From: an uncultured Nitrospinaceae bacterium
Lineage (GTDB): Bacteria; UBA8248
Direction: 5' to 3'
NCBI GenBank assembly: GCA_964005815.1
Contig: CAXFSR010000016.1
Span: 32,001 to 96,000 of the forward strand
DNA: 64,000 bases
The number at the start of each line of letters is the position of its first letter. Within the stretch, counting starts at the first letter, position 1. Positions 52,838-61,600 of this stretch are shown here, one piece after another. The notes beneath the pieces were generated by a model. That model made no database searches and was not told the origin of the DNA. It worked only from the letters and a program-made list of their open reading frames with translations. The position numbers and the translations under genes were made by a program.

Positions 52838-53170
52838 GTGGACCATATCAAAAAACATGTTTTTGTTTGCATAAATCAAAGAACTGCAGACCATCCTAAG
52901 GGATGTTGCCAATCTAAGGGAGCAATTGAAGTAGCAAACGCATTCAATGAAGCCATAGGAACTTCAGAACTTGCAAACGACACGGCGATGGCTGGAGCGA
53001 CTTGCCTAGGACCTTGTACTCTAGGACCCACCGTTTTAGTCTATCCGGATGGTGTATGGTACTCCGGAGTAAAAGTTGAAGATGTAGAGGAAATTGTTGA
53101 AGAACATCTTAAAAAAGGAAATCCTATAGAGAGACTGCGTCTTAGAACACCAGGGGCAGAGGCTACATAA
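52838..53170 (+). CDS. Thioredoxin-like [2Fe-2S] ferredoxin
   Basis: HVFVC..GC..CLGPC..GP..VYPDGVWY..EEHL. Confidence 0.9.
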   Translation: MDHIKKHVFVCINQRTADHPKGCCQSKGAIEVANAFNEAIGTSELANDTAMAGATCLGPCTLGPTVLVYPDGVWYSGVKVEDVEEIVEEHLKKGNPIERLRLRTPGAEAT

Positions 53171-53176
53171 ATAATG

Positions 53177-53689
53177 TTAAAAACCTAATCCCACTATTAT
53201 TCTATTCCAAAGATTAATAGTGGAAACCACGCCTGCAATTTCAATTATAGCAGATTCCGAATAAGAATCTCTCAAAGACAAAAATGTCTCATCTGACACA
53301 GAAACTTTCTCTGTACTTTCCTCACAAAAACGAAGAGCAGCTTTTTCCTCAGTAGAAAAAACACTACTACTTGAGCCCTCTTTTGCTCCATTAATTTTCT
53401 CCATAGACACTTTATGGCTCTGCGCCAGTGATGAATGCATTTTCACACAAAATTCACACCCATTTATCGAAGAAGCACGTATGTTAAGGATTTCTTTTAA
53501 TCCAAGTTCAATCTCTCCTTTGCCGTGTGCAGTATTAGTAAGACTTAAAACAGCTCGAAGCAAATCTGGTTTATGAGCTAATGCTTTCACTGGAGGTATT
53601 ACAACTCCAAATTGTTTTAACAAATTTTCCATTATCCGTTTTGCTGATGGATCAGCTGCATCGGGTTCAATAAGTGAAATTCTTTGCAT
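53177..53689 (-). CDS. AhpD/carboxymuconolactone decarboxylase-family protein
   Basis: SINGCEFCVKMH motif; INLWNR. Confidence 0.88.
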   Translation of the reverse strand: MQRISLIEPDAADPSAKRIMENLLKQFGVVIPPVKALAHKPDLLRAVLSLTNTAHGKGEIELGLKEILNIRASSINGCEFCVKMHSSLAQSHKVSMEKINGAKEGSSSSVFSTEEKAALRFCEESTEKVSVSDETFLSLRDSYSESAIIEIAGVVSTINLWNRIIVGLGF

Positions 53690-53724
53690 CTATAGACCTC
53701 CTAAAAAATCTTTTAAAAAAACTA

Positions 53725-53753
53725 TTGACCAAAAAAGCAAAAGAAAACAGAAT
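53725..53753 (+). promoter_or_regulatory. Putative sigma70 promoter for the CoA-transferase operon
   Basis: TTGACC, 17-nt spacer, CAGAAT. Confidence 0.45.
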
Positions 53754-53852
53754 AAACATAAGAAATTTTAAAAAAATTATTTCATGTGTTGTTTTTTTCC
53801 TCAAGACGGCAAACAAGACACATTATAATCGAACTATTACCTAGGATTACTA

Positions 53853-54656
53853 ATGAGTAAAGTAACTTCACTAAAAGAGGCCGCTCATCTAATTCAAGAT
53901 GGCGATACTATTTCTACTGGGGGTAGTTTGCTCCATAGGAATCCTTCTGCTTTGCTAAGAGAAATTATCAGGCAAGGCCGAAAGAATTTAACCTTAATCA
54001 AACATTCCCCTGGTTACGATGCAGACATTTTGTGTGCTTCACGAAGTCTAAAAGAAACCCTCTGCGGAATAGTAACCTTTGAATCAGAGTTTGGATTAGC
54101 GCCAAACTACCGAAAATCAATAGAAAAAGGATTGGTCGGACTTACAGAACATGCATGACCAAGTATCCTTGCTGGGCTGCGGGCTGCAGCCTACGGAATT
54201 CCGTTCCAACCTATAAAGGGATTTAAAGGAAGCGATATCCCAGAAAAAAGTAATTTTTTAACATTTGAAGACCCCTATACACATGAAACTCTCTTTGCAA
54301 TACCAGCACTAAAGCCTGATTGGGCTTTGTTGCATGTTGCAAAATGTGATGAAAATGGGAATGCATGGATTTTAGGAAATCCACATTTTGATGTAGAAAT
54401 GAGCCGTGCTGCTCAAAATGGTGCTATTCTAACATCTGAGGAAATTGTTTCCTCTTCAGAAATAGAAACTGACCCAGAAAATACTTCAATACCAGGATTT
54501 CTTGTGAAAGCTGTTGTGAAATCGCCAGGAGGTGCAAAACCATGCAGTTCATATCCTTTTTATGATTTTGAACCTGAAGAGATCAAACGTTATATGAATG
54601 CTTCTAAAACTGAAGAAGGTTTGAAAAACTATCTAGAAACCACAGACTTAATTTAA
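53853..54656 (+). CDS. Class I CoA-transferase-fold alpha subunit, candidate selenoprotein (UGA at codon 102)
   Basis: Track ORFs 53853..54158 and 54327..54656 share one frame. The only interruption is TGA at 54156-54158, and the linker reads PSILAGLRAAAYGIPFQPIKGFKGSD..FEDPY..IPALKPDWAL, which is conserved family sequence. Full length 267 aa. Confidence 0.85.
54166..54197 (+). promoter_or_regulatory. Candidate bacterial SECIS element
   Basis: Stem TGGGCTGC (54173-54180) pairs with GCAGCCTA (54186-54193), 8 bp with one G-U. Loop GGGCT starts with G after a 22-nt spacer from the UGA. TCC/GGA can form lower pairs. Confidence 0.75.
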
Positions 54657-54674
54657 AATTAAGATTTTTTCAAA

Positions 54675-55409
54675 ATGAAGAAAAAAAATATAGAAGAAAT
54701 AGCGAATCAAATGGTCGTATGCCTTTCCCGTGAAATCAGGGACAATGAAAAAGTATTTCACGGAGTAAACTCTCAAATACCAATGGTAGCAATTTTTCTT
54801 GCGAAAAAAATGCATGCCCCTAATCTTGTGCTGATAGAAGTTGCTGGCTCCATAAATCCCGAGCCTAGATTCATGCCAAAAAGTACAAACGGCCCTGAAC
54901 TTTGTCATGGTTCTGCTTCTCTTTTTTCAAATGCAGATACTTACGATCTTTTTGCAAGAGGTGGAGTCGATTTGATTTTCCTAGGCGGGGCGCAAATTGA
55001 CAAAAAATGTAACGTTAATATGAGTTATATCGGAGACCCTAACAAACCCAAAGTTCGTCTTCCTGGTGGTGGTGGTGGTTCGGTAATTATGTCTCAAGCA
55101 AAAAGAACAATCATTTGGAAAACAAAACATGACAAAAGAGATTTTGTAGACAATGTCGACTTTGTTACACAAACAGGGAATCTTCAAAAAGTTGTAACTC
55201 CGAGAGCAGTTTTTAAAAACGACGAAGGGAACCTTGAACTAGAGAGTATCCATTCATGTTCTTCAAAAGAAGAAGTAATGGAGCAAACATCATTCAAGCT
55301 TGAAATTAATGATAAAATATGTAAAACGATTCCTCCAACAGACGAAGAAATAAAAATACTAGAAGAAATTGACCCAAATGGAACACGATTTATAGAATTT
55401 GGAGAATAG
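54675..55409 (+). CDS. Class I CoA-transferase-fold beta subunit (GctB/CatJ/AibB-like)
   Basis: HAPNL, FLGGAQID..NVN, RLPGGGGG, FVDNVDFVT, PPT.EE...L..IDP. Confidence 0.88.
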   Translation: MKKKNIEEIANQMVVCLSREIRDNEKVFHGVNSQIPMVAIFLAKKMHAPNLVLIEVAGSINPEPRFMPKSTNGPELCHGSASLFSNADTYDLFARGGVDLIFLGGAQIDKKCNVNMSYIGDPNKPKVRLPGGGGGSVIMSQAKRTIIWKTKHDKRDFVDNVDFVTQTGNLQKVVTPRAVFKNDEGNLELESIHSCSSKEEVMEQTSFKLEINDKICKTIPPTDEEIKILEEIDPNGTRFIEFGE

Positions 55410-55556
55410 TTTTTTCAAACAAAGCTGATTGGCACATATGATCTAAAAAAATACAGATGAGATTTTTTCTAAAAAATTATAGAAGTAAAAATTGCACACC
55501 CAGAGATTTTATGTTGAGATGACAGTACTGAATCTAGAAATAAAAAAGGGATAATT

Positions 55557-56201
55557 ATGACCTCTGAATTACTAGAAAGATTAAAGATGTTTTCAACATG
55601 TCAAGTAGCAGATGCGCTTGATAATTTGAAAATAAAAGGGCACATGCCTGACATACAATTATATTCACCGGATGAAGAATGTAGAATAGTAGGTCTTGCA
55701 CATACAGTGCAAATGGTTCCATCGGGTGGTGGAAAAGTCCCATCATTAGAAAAACACCATGTAGACTCTTCACCTCCAGAAAGTATCGTTGTGATATCAG
55801 TACCTCCCAATGTCACCACAGCAAATTGGGGAGGTCTTATGAGTACAAGGGCAATCGCAATGAATCTAAAAGGAGTAATTCTTGATGGCAGGGCACGAGA
55901 TATAGAAGAACACCGTGAAATGAATTTCCCTGTTTTTGCTAGGGGAGTTTCTATTCACGGCAGTGGTGGATCTACGACTGCTTCAGCAGTAGGTGTCCCT
56001 ATTAACTGCTCAGGAGTTACGGTTAGGGAGAATGACATTATATCTGCTGACCTTAACGGGGTAGTTGTCATTCCTCAAGAAAGATTTGAAGAAGTTGTAA
56101 ATAAAATAGAAGAGCTAACTAAAATAGAAGAACAAATGATGGAAGCACTTAGAGAAGGAAACCCAATTGGAGAAACCTTTTCTAAATTTAGATTATACTA
56201 A
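55557..56201 (+). CDS. RraA-like/HMG-CHA aldolase family protein
   Basis: VADAL, WGGLM, DGRARD, PVFARG, ADLNGVVVIP. Confidence 0.85.
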   Translation: MTSELLERLKMFSTCQVADALDNLKIKGHMPDIQLYSPDEECRIVGLAHTVQMVPSGGGKVPSLEKHHVDSSPPESIVVISVPPNVTTANWGGLMSTRAIAMNLKGVILDGRARDIEEHREMNFPVFARGVSIHGSGGSTTASAVGVPINCSGVTVRENDIISADLNGVVVIPQERFEEVVNKIEELTKIEEQMMEALREGNPIGETFSKFRLY

Positions 56202-56224
56202 CTTGCCGCCTCGTAAGTTCTAAA

Positions 56225-56908
56225 ATGTTCATTCTTCGTATTCATGAATCGTCTCGCTTGAATCGTTTAACTTCCTATGGAAGTTCTTTGTTGTTCATTT
56301 CTATTGTTTTTTTTTCATTTAATGGTTGCGCAACAAGATCGGTTGATCCCCGAACATCTAGTTTTCAAAAAAGAGAACTCCTAGGAAAAGCATCTTGGTA
56401 CGGACAACCATATCACGGCAGAAAAACAGCAAATGGAGAAACTTATGATATGTACGCTTTAACTGCGGCTCATCGAACTCTTCCTTTCAACTCAAGAGTA
56501 TTAGTCGAAAGAACAGATACCCAAGATAAAGTCGAAGTAAGAATTAATGACCGCGGACCATTTGTAGAAACCAGAGTTATAGATCTCTCAAAAGGTGCAG
56601 CTTCAAAAATCCGTATGATTCGAAAAGGAGTCGTCCCAGTGATCATAACTCCTTACGAAATTCCAACCGAAAGAAAAACTAAATGGATTGTCTTAATTGG
56701 GGGATTTAAATCTTCTTCTGAATTAAATTATATAAGAAGAAAACTCCAAAGAGATGGAAATTATGTATTGAAAATAAAGGGTTGGCACGGAGATCGAAGC
56801 AAACACCATCTTCAAGTAAGAAAAATCAATAATAAAGATAGAGCCAAGAGGCTTGCAAAACGTTTACGGAACAGAGGTTATGCAGCCTTTCTTGTTCGAA
56901 GTAAATAA
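56225..56908 (+). CDS. rlpA: Septal ring lytic transglycosylase RlpA (DPBB plus SPOR-like)
   Basis: Lipobox FNGC; ASWYG, TANGE, TAAHRTLP, RINDRGPF, IDLS. Confidence 0.92.
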   Translation: MFILRIHESSRLNRLTSYGSSLLFISIVFFSFNGCATRSVDPRTSSFQKRELLGKASWYGQPYHGRKTANGETYDMYALTAAHRTLPFNSRVLVERTDTQDKVEVRINDRGPFVETRVIDLSKGAASKIRMIRKGVVPVIITPYEIPTERKTKWIVLIGGFKSSSELNYIRRKLQRDGNYVLKIKGWHGDRSKHHLQVRKINNKDRAKRLAKRLRNRGYAAFLVRSK

Positions 56909-56911
56909 CTA

Positions 56912-58972
56912 TTACCTTAAAGATTTCCGAACAAGTTCCGGATCGATCATCGGTAGTTTACAAGCATAATTTTCACACAAAAAAACTGTTGCGTTATTCT
57001 CAATTGGACTTTTGTCCTTGAGTATAGGCAAAGATAGTTTTTGTGAAATGTCACTTGAATTAAAGGCAAGCACTTTATTAGGAAGATAAACACTATGAAT
57101 CACATTCAGCATTTCTTTTGAGCCTTCAGATTCCAAATCACCTGAGAGAACAATTTCCATAGGAGTATCTAAATAAAAATCTAATCCTACCAACATCATA
57201 TGTAATGCTGCAGGAGCTGAATCAAGAATATGACTAAAAACTTTCATCGTTTTTTCGGCCATTTTTTCAAAACCAACCTCCCCTGAAATCCTAGACAATC
57301 TTAGAAGGGAAAGCACCGCAATAGAATTTCCACTCGGAATCGCGCCATCTTGAGACATTTTTTTTCTTACGATTAATTTCTCATGATCTTTAGAAGTAAA
57401 GAAAAAACCCCCGTTTTCATTATCTTCGAAAAGATTGGACATTTGATGACCAATATCAACAGCAGCATCTAACCAACGTGAATTAAAGGTTGATTCGTAT
57501 AATTCTGTTAAGCCATGAATCATAAATGCATAATCATCAAGGTAAGCATTTAATTTTCCTGATCCTAATCTATATGAACGAACAAATCTTTCTCCATTCC
57601 ACATCTTTTCTATAATAAAACCTGCAGATTTTTCTGCAAAATCAAGATAATTTTGATTTTGCAAAACTCTTCCAGCATTAGCCATCGAACCAATCATCAA
57701 TCCATTCCAACTTGTTAAAATCTTATCATCTAAACCTGGCTTGACCCTTTTTTCTCTATGCTGAAACAATTTCTCCTTTCCATTCTGCAAAAGAAAAAGT
57801 AATTTCTCATATTCAATATTATTATCTTCACAGAATTTCTTAGGAGGTTTCTGAATAAAAAGTGCATTTGTACCTTTTTCAAAATTTCCTTTTTCTGTAA
57901 CTCCATAAAAGGAGGCGAAGATTTTTCCTTCTTTTTCCCCTAAAACTTCATAAATCTCAGATGGAGTCCAAGCGAAGAATTTCCCTTCCTCTCCCTCACT
58001 ATCAGCGTCTTGTGCAGCATAAAAACCACCCTCAGAAGAAGACATTTCTCTTAAAATATATTCAAGAGTTTCAGTTGCAATAGATTTATAGAATTCATTT
58101 TTAGTAGCCTGAAAAGCTTCAATATAAACTCGAACAAGAAGCGCATTGTCATAGAGCATCTTTTCGAAATGTGGGATCAACCAATACTCATCTACACTAT
58201 ACCTATGAAATCCACCACCTAGTTGATCGTACATACCACCCAAAGCCATTCTTTGAAGAGTAAATTCTACAATTTCTAGCACCTCTTTATCACCATTTCT
58301 TTTCCACTCTCGCAACAATAACATTAATGCCATAGAAGGTGGAAATTTAGGTTTTTCTCCAAAACCACCCCAAGAAGAATCAAATCTTTCCTTTAAACTT
58401 GAAATTGCTTTCGTTATAAATTTTCGGCTTAGTACCCCATCGGAACTTTGTGGCTCCGAATAATCTTGGAGAGACTCAACTATCTTTAAAGCATTGGATT
58501 GAAGATTGTCTTTATCTTTCTTGTACATTTCTATAATACGAACTAGTAAACTCTTGAACCCAGGACGACCCCATCTATCCTCCGGGGGAAAGTATGTTCC
58601 TCCGTAAAACGGCCTTAGATCTGGAAAAAGGAACATACTCATTGGCCAACCACCTTGGCCTGAAATCATCTGAACAGCATCCATATAAATGCTATCAATA
58701 TCAGGTCTTTCCTCTCTATCCACTTTAATAGAAATAAAATTTGCATTGAGTATATTTGCAACTTCATTATCTTCGAAGCTTTCATGTTCCATTACATGAC
58801 ACCAGTGACATGCAGAATACCCTATGGAAAGAAAGATTGGTTTGTCTTCATTTTGAGCCTTCGCAATTGCCTCCTCTCCCCATGGGTACCAATCTACTGG
58901 ATTATTTTTATGTTGCAATAAATAGGGACTGGTCTCTGAAGAGAGTCGATTTGAAAATTTATCGTTTGGCAT
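56912..58972 (-). CDS. Thioredoxin-domain YyaL/SPATA20 family protein
   Basis: [40 protein letters not shown]. Confidence 0.92.
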   Translation of the reverse strand: MPNDKFSNRLSSETSPYLLQHKNNPVDWYPWGEEAIAKAQNEDKPIFLSIGYSACHWCHVMEHESFEDNEVANILNANFISIKVDREERPDIDSIYMDAVQMISGQGGWPMSMFLFPDLRPFYGGTYFPPEDRWGRPGFKSLLVRIIEMYKKDKDNLQSNALKIVESLQDYSEPQSSDGVLSRKFITKAISSLKERFDSSWGGFGEKPKFPPSMALMLLLREWKRNGDKEVLEIVEFTLQRMALGGMYDQLGGGFHRYSVDEYWLIPHFEKMLYDNALLVRVYIEAFQATKNEFYKSIATETLEYILREMSSSEGGFYAAQDADSEGEEGKFFAWTPSEIYEVLGEKEGKIFASFYGVTEKGNFEKGTNALFIQKPPKKFCEDNNIEYEKLLFLLQNGKEKLFQHREKRVKPGLDDKILTSWNGLMIGSMANAGRVLQNQNYLDFAEKSAGFIIEKMWNGERFVRSYRLGSGKLNAYLDDYAFMIHGLTELYESTFNSRWLDAAVDIGHQMSNLFEDNENGGFFFTSKDHEKLIVRKKMSQDGAIPSGNSIAVLSLLRLSRISGEVGFEKMAEKTMKVFSHILDSAPAALHMMLVGLDFYLDTPMEIVLSGDLESEGSKEMLNVIHSVYLPNKVLAFNSSDISQKLSLPILKDKSPIENNATVFLCENYACKLPMIDPELVRKSLR

Positions 58973-59017
58973 TTCGTTCCTTAATTTTGAAAAATTGACA
59001 ATTTATTATGAAACAGT

Positions 59018-60367
59018 CTAAGTATAAATCCCTTCAATGAGATGCACCGCTAATTCTGAGCCTCTATGAAAAAGATCCAAGTCAAGATTTTCATCTGGAC
59101 CATGGGAATTTGTATCTGCATTCGCCAAAGGAAACCAAACAGAGGGAATTTTCATTTCTTTTGTGAAAAGGACATCTGGAACACTACCACCAAAATTTGG
59201 ATAAACTAATGTTTCCTTGCTATAACACAAAAGAGTCTGGACGATTTTCTCTACAAAAGGATTATCTGCTGGTGTCTTACTAGGTTTAAAAATTGCCATT
59301 TTCTTAACTTCGATATCGTCAAACCCACTATTGGCCAAAAACTCACATAGATCTTCAAAAATAGAATCTGGATCCTGGTCAACTACCAATCTAAAATCTA
59401 ATTTAGCTATCGCAATTCCAGGAATAATTGTTTTCATTCCATCCTGTGAATATCCCCCTTGAAATCCACAAATGTTAAAATTTGGTTTTGTAAGTGTTGA
59501 CTCATAAAATGAGTCAACATTAGAAATTCTATCTACATTTTCCCCTAAAACAATTTCAAGTTCGGATTTAGGATTTGGAATACTATTGAGAATATCAAGA
59601 TCCGCCTGACCTAAAGGAAGAACTTGATCATAAAAACCTGGAATTAAAACTTTCCCGGATTCTGAGTCTCTAAGAGTCTTAATTGCATCTAGCAATCTCC
59701 AAAAGGGGCTAGCAAGCGCACCACCATAAGTACCAGAATGCAGATCTTTATTTACCCCATTGTGTCTTAGTTCAACGTATAAAAGTCCCCGGCAACCAAG
59801 AGCTAACGTTGGACATCCGGAAGGATGAATCGAACCATCAGAAGAACAGGCAATATCAGCTTTCAACAATTCCTTATTCTCAGAAACAAATTTACCGAGA
59901 TTTGGAGAACCCATTTCTTCTTCTCCTTCTATCAAAAATTTAATATTGATAGGTAATTCCTCTCCTATTTGTTTATATGCTCTGACAGCTAAAATTTGAG
60001 CAAGATGCTGTCCTTTATTATCCCCAGAACCTCTCGCATATATTTTCCCATTCCTTATCACAGGGTCAAATGGATCATTTGACCAACCCTCTTTAATCTC
60101 AGCCGGTTGAACATCATAATGTCCATATATCAATAAAGTTGGTAAATCTTTATCTTTTAAAAGCTCACCATAAACAACAGGAATTCCATCTGTAGATAAT
60201 ATGCTAGTGTCAATCCCAGATTCATTCATAAGTTTTGATAAAAAATTGACAGATTTTTCTAATCCAGGATGATTAGTCGTACTAATTGAAGGAAATTTAA
60301 GATAATCCACTAAAATTGAAACCGCACTTTCTTGATTTTCCCTTAAATACTCTATAACTTTTGACAT
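59018..60367 (-). CDS. M20/M25/M40 metallo-dipeptidase
   Basis: YGHYDVQP, RGSGDNKG, EGEEE, DLHSG, HGPDEN. Start placed at the ATG at 60367. Confidence 0.9.
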   Translation of the reverse strand: MSKVIEYLRENQESAVSILVDYLKFPSISTTNHPGLEKSVNFLSKLMNESGIDTSILSTDGIPVVYGELLKDKDLPTLLIYGHYDVQPAEIKEGWSNDPFDPVIRNGKIYARGSGDNKGQHLAQILAVRAYKQIGEELPINIKFLIEGEEEMGSPNLGKFVSENKELLKADIACSSDGSIHPSGCPTLALGCRGLLYVELRHNGVNKDLHSGTYGGALASPFWRLLDAIKTLRDSESGKVLIPGFYDQVLPLGQADLDILNSIPNPKSELEIVLGENVDRISNVDSFYESTLTKPNFNICGFQGGYSQDGMKTIIPGIAIAKLDFRLVVDQDPDSIFEDLCEFLANSGFDDIEVKKMAIFKPSKTPADNPFVEKIVQTLLCYSKETLVYPNFGGSVPDVLFTKEMKIPSVWFPLANADTNSHGPDENLDLDLFHRGSELAVHLIEGIYT

Positions 60368-60495
60368 AAATTCCCCAAAAACATTTTTTAAAAGTGAAAT
60401 TATTCTACTGCAATCTTTCCATAAAGAAAAAAACAAATCACTCTATTCACTAAAATAGCATACATGTTATAAGTATCTGGTAACTTTAATACTAC

Positions 60496-61452
60496 ATGGG
60501 GAAAAATTTGTTAACGGAAACTGAAATTGCTGGTTTGCGTGAGAAACACTATAACGCAACACTTACAGAAATCATCATTCAACATGAAACCTTAGCTTGT
60601 TTTCGCATCAAACCGGATTTCCCTTTCCCTAACTTTGAATCGGGACAATATACTACTCTCGGTCTAGGATTCTGGGAACCAAGACATAAAGATGCAATTC
60701 CAGAAAGTAACCTTGAAGAGAAAAAACTTTCTAGACTTGTAAGAAGAGCTTATTCTGTATCGCACCCAATTACTGACTCAACCTCAAATATCTTCGACTC
60801 AAAAGAAATAGATTTTCTAGAATTTTATATAGTTATGGTTATTGGCAATGAAAACGAAACTCCTCCTGCTCTTACTCCTCGTTTATTTATGCTGCAAGAA
60901 GGTGACCGTCTTCATCTGGGAGAAAAATTTACAGGCGACTATACTATTCATTGCATGGAAGAGATTGTCAAAAATGACAACTCCCTAGTTATTTTCGCCG
61001 GTACTGGAACAGGAGAAGGACCACATAATCATATGATTTGGAATTTGCTGCAGCAAGGGTACAAAGGTCAGATTGCATCCATCAATTGTGTAAGATACAA
61101 ACGAGATCTTGCTTACGAGAACAAATACAGAGATTTAGAAAAGAAACATCCCAACCTCTCATACCATACGTTAACTACTCGTGAATCTGATACACTTCAT
61201 AATAAAACGTACATACAAGATTATATTTCTTCCGGTAGCTTTGAAAAAAAGATTGGAAGAGAAATGCATCCTGAAGATACCCATATATTTCTTTGCGGCA
61301 ATCCTTCTATGATTGGCATACCAAAGATCAGAGACGGTGAAAAAATTTGGCCAGAGGGACAGAAAGGTGTAATTCAGATTATGGAAGAACGTGGGTTCAC
61401 AATGGACTATGCAAAACAAATTGGAAATATTCATTACGAGAAGTATTGGTAA
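60496..61452 (+). CDS. fpr: Ferredoxin(flavodoxin)-NADP+ reductase, bacterial type
   Basis: GQY, RAYS, GTGTGEGP, LCGNPSMI, C-terminal EKYW. Confidence 0.85.
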   Translation: MGKNLLTETEIAGLREKHYNATLTEIIIQHETLACFRIKPDFPFPNFESGQYTTLGLGFWEPRHKDAIPESNLEEKKLSRLVRRAYSVSHPITDSTSNIFDSKEIDFLEFYIVMVIGNENETPPALTPRLFMLQEGDRLHLGEKFTGDYTIHCMEEIVKNDNSLVIFAGTGTGEGPHNHMIWNLLQQGYKGQIASINCVRYKRDLAYENKYRDLEKKHPNLSYHTLTTRESDTLHNKTYIQDYISSGSFEKKIGREMHPEDTHIFLCGNPSMIGIPKIRDGEKIWPEGQKGVIQIMEERGFTMDYAKQIGNIHYEKYW

Positions 61453-61600
61453 AAAACCCGATTTTCTCTCTACTACATTCTACTCCTTTTTCACATAATT
61501 AGATTTTATAGAATATAGAAATTCATTTACTTGCAACCTACATCAGAAATGAATCATACTGGATTTCAACAAAAAATTTAAAATTAAAAAAGGAAATAGC

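Noticed and set aside
54156..54158. Genome-wide UGA reassignment (Trp or Gly) as the cause of the in-frame TGA
   Set aside because: TGA ends full-length genes in this window (obg 16813, rsmD 26436, mgtE 49563, TPR gene 40024), Trp is encoded by TGG, and no other gene is interrupted.
53853..54656. Pseudogene or two separate small genes
   Set aside because: Both parts share one frame, the linker encodes conserved family sequence, there are no other lesions, and a SECIS-like hairpin sits at the expected distance. A nonsense mutation is not fully excluded without reads and homologues.
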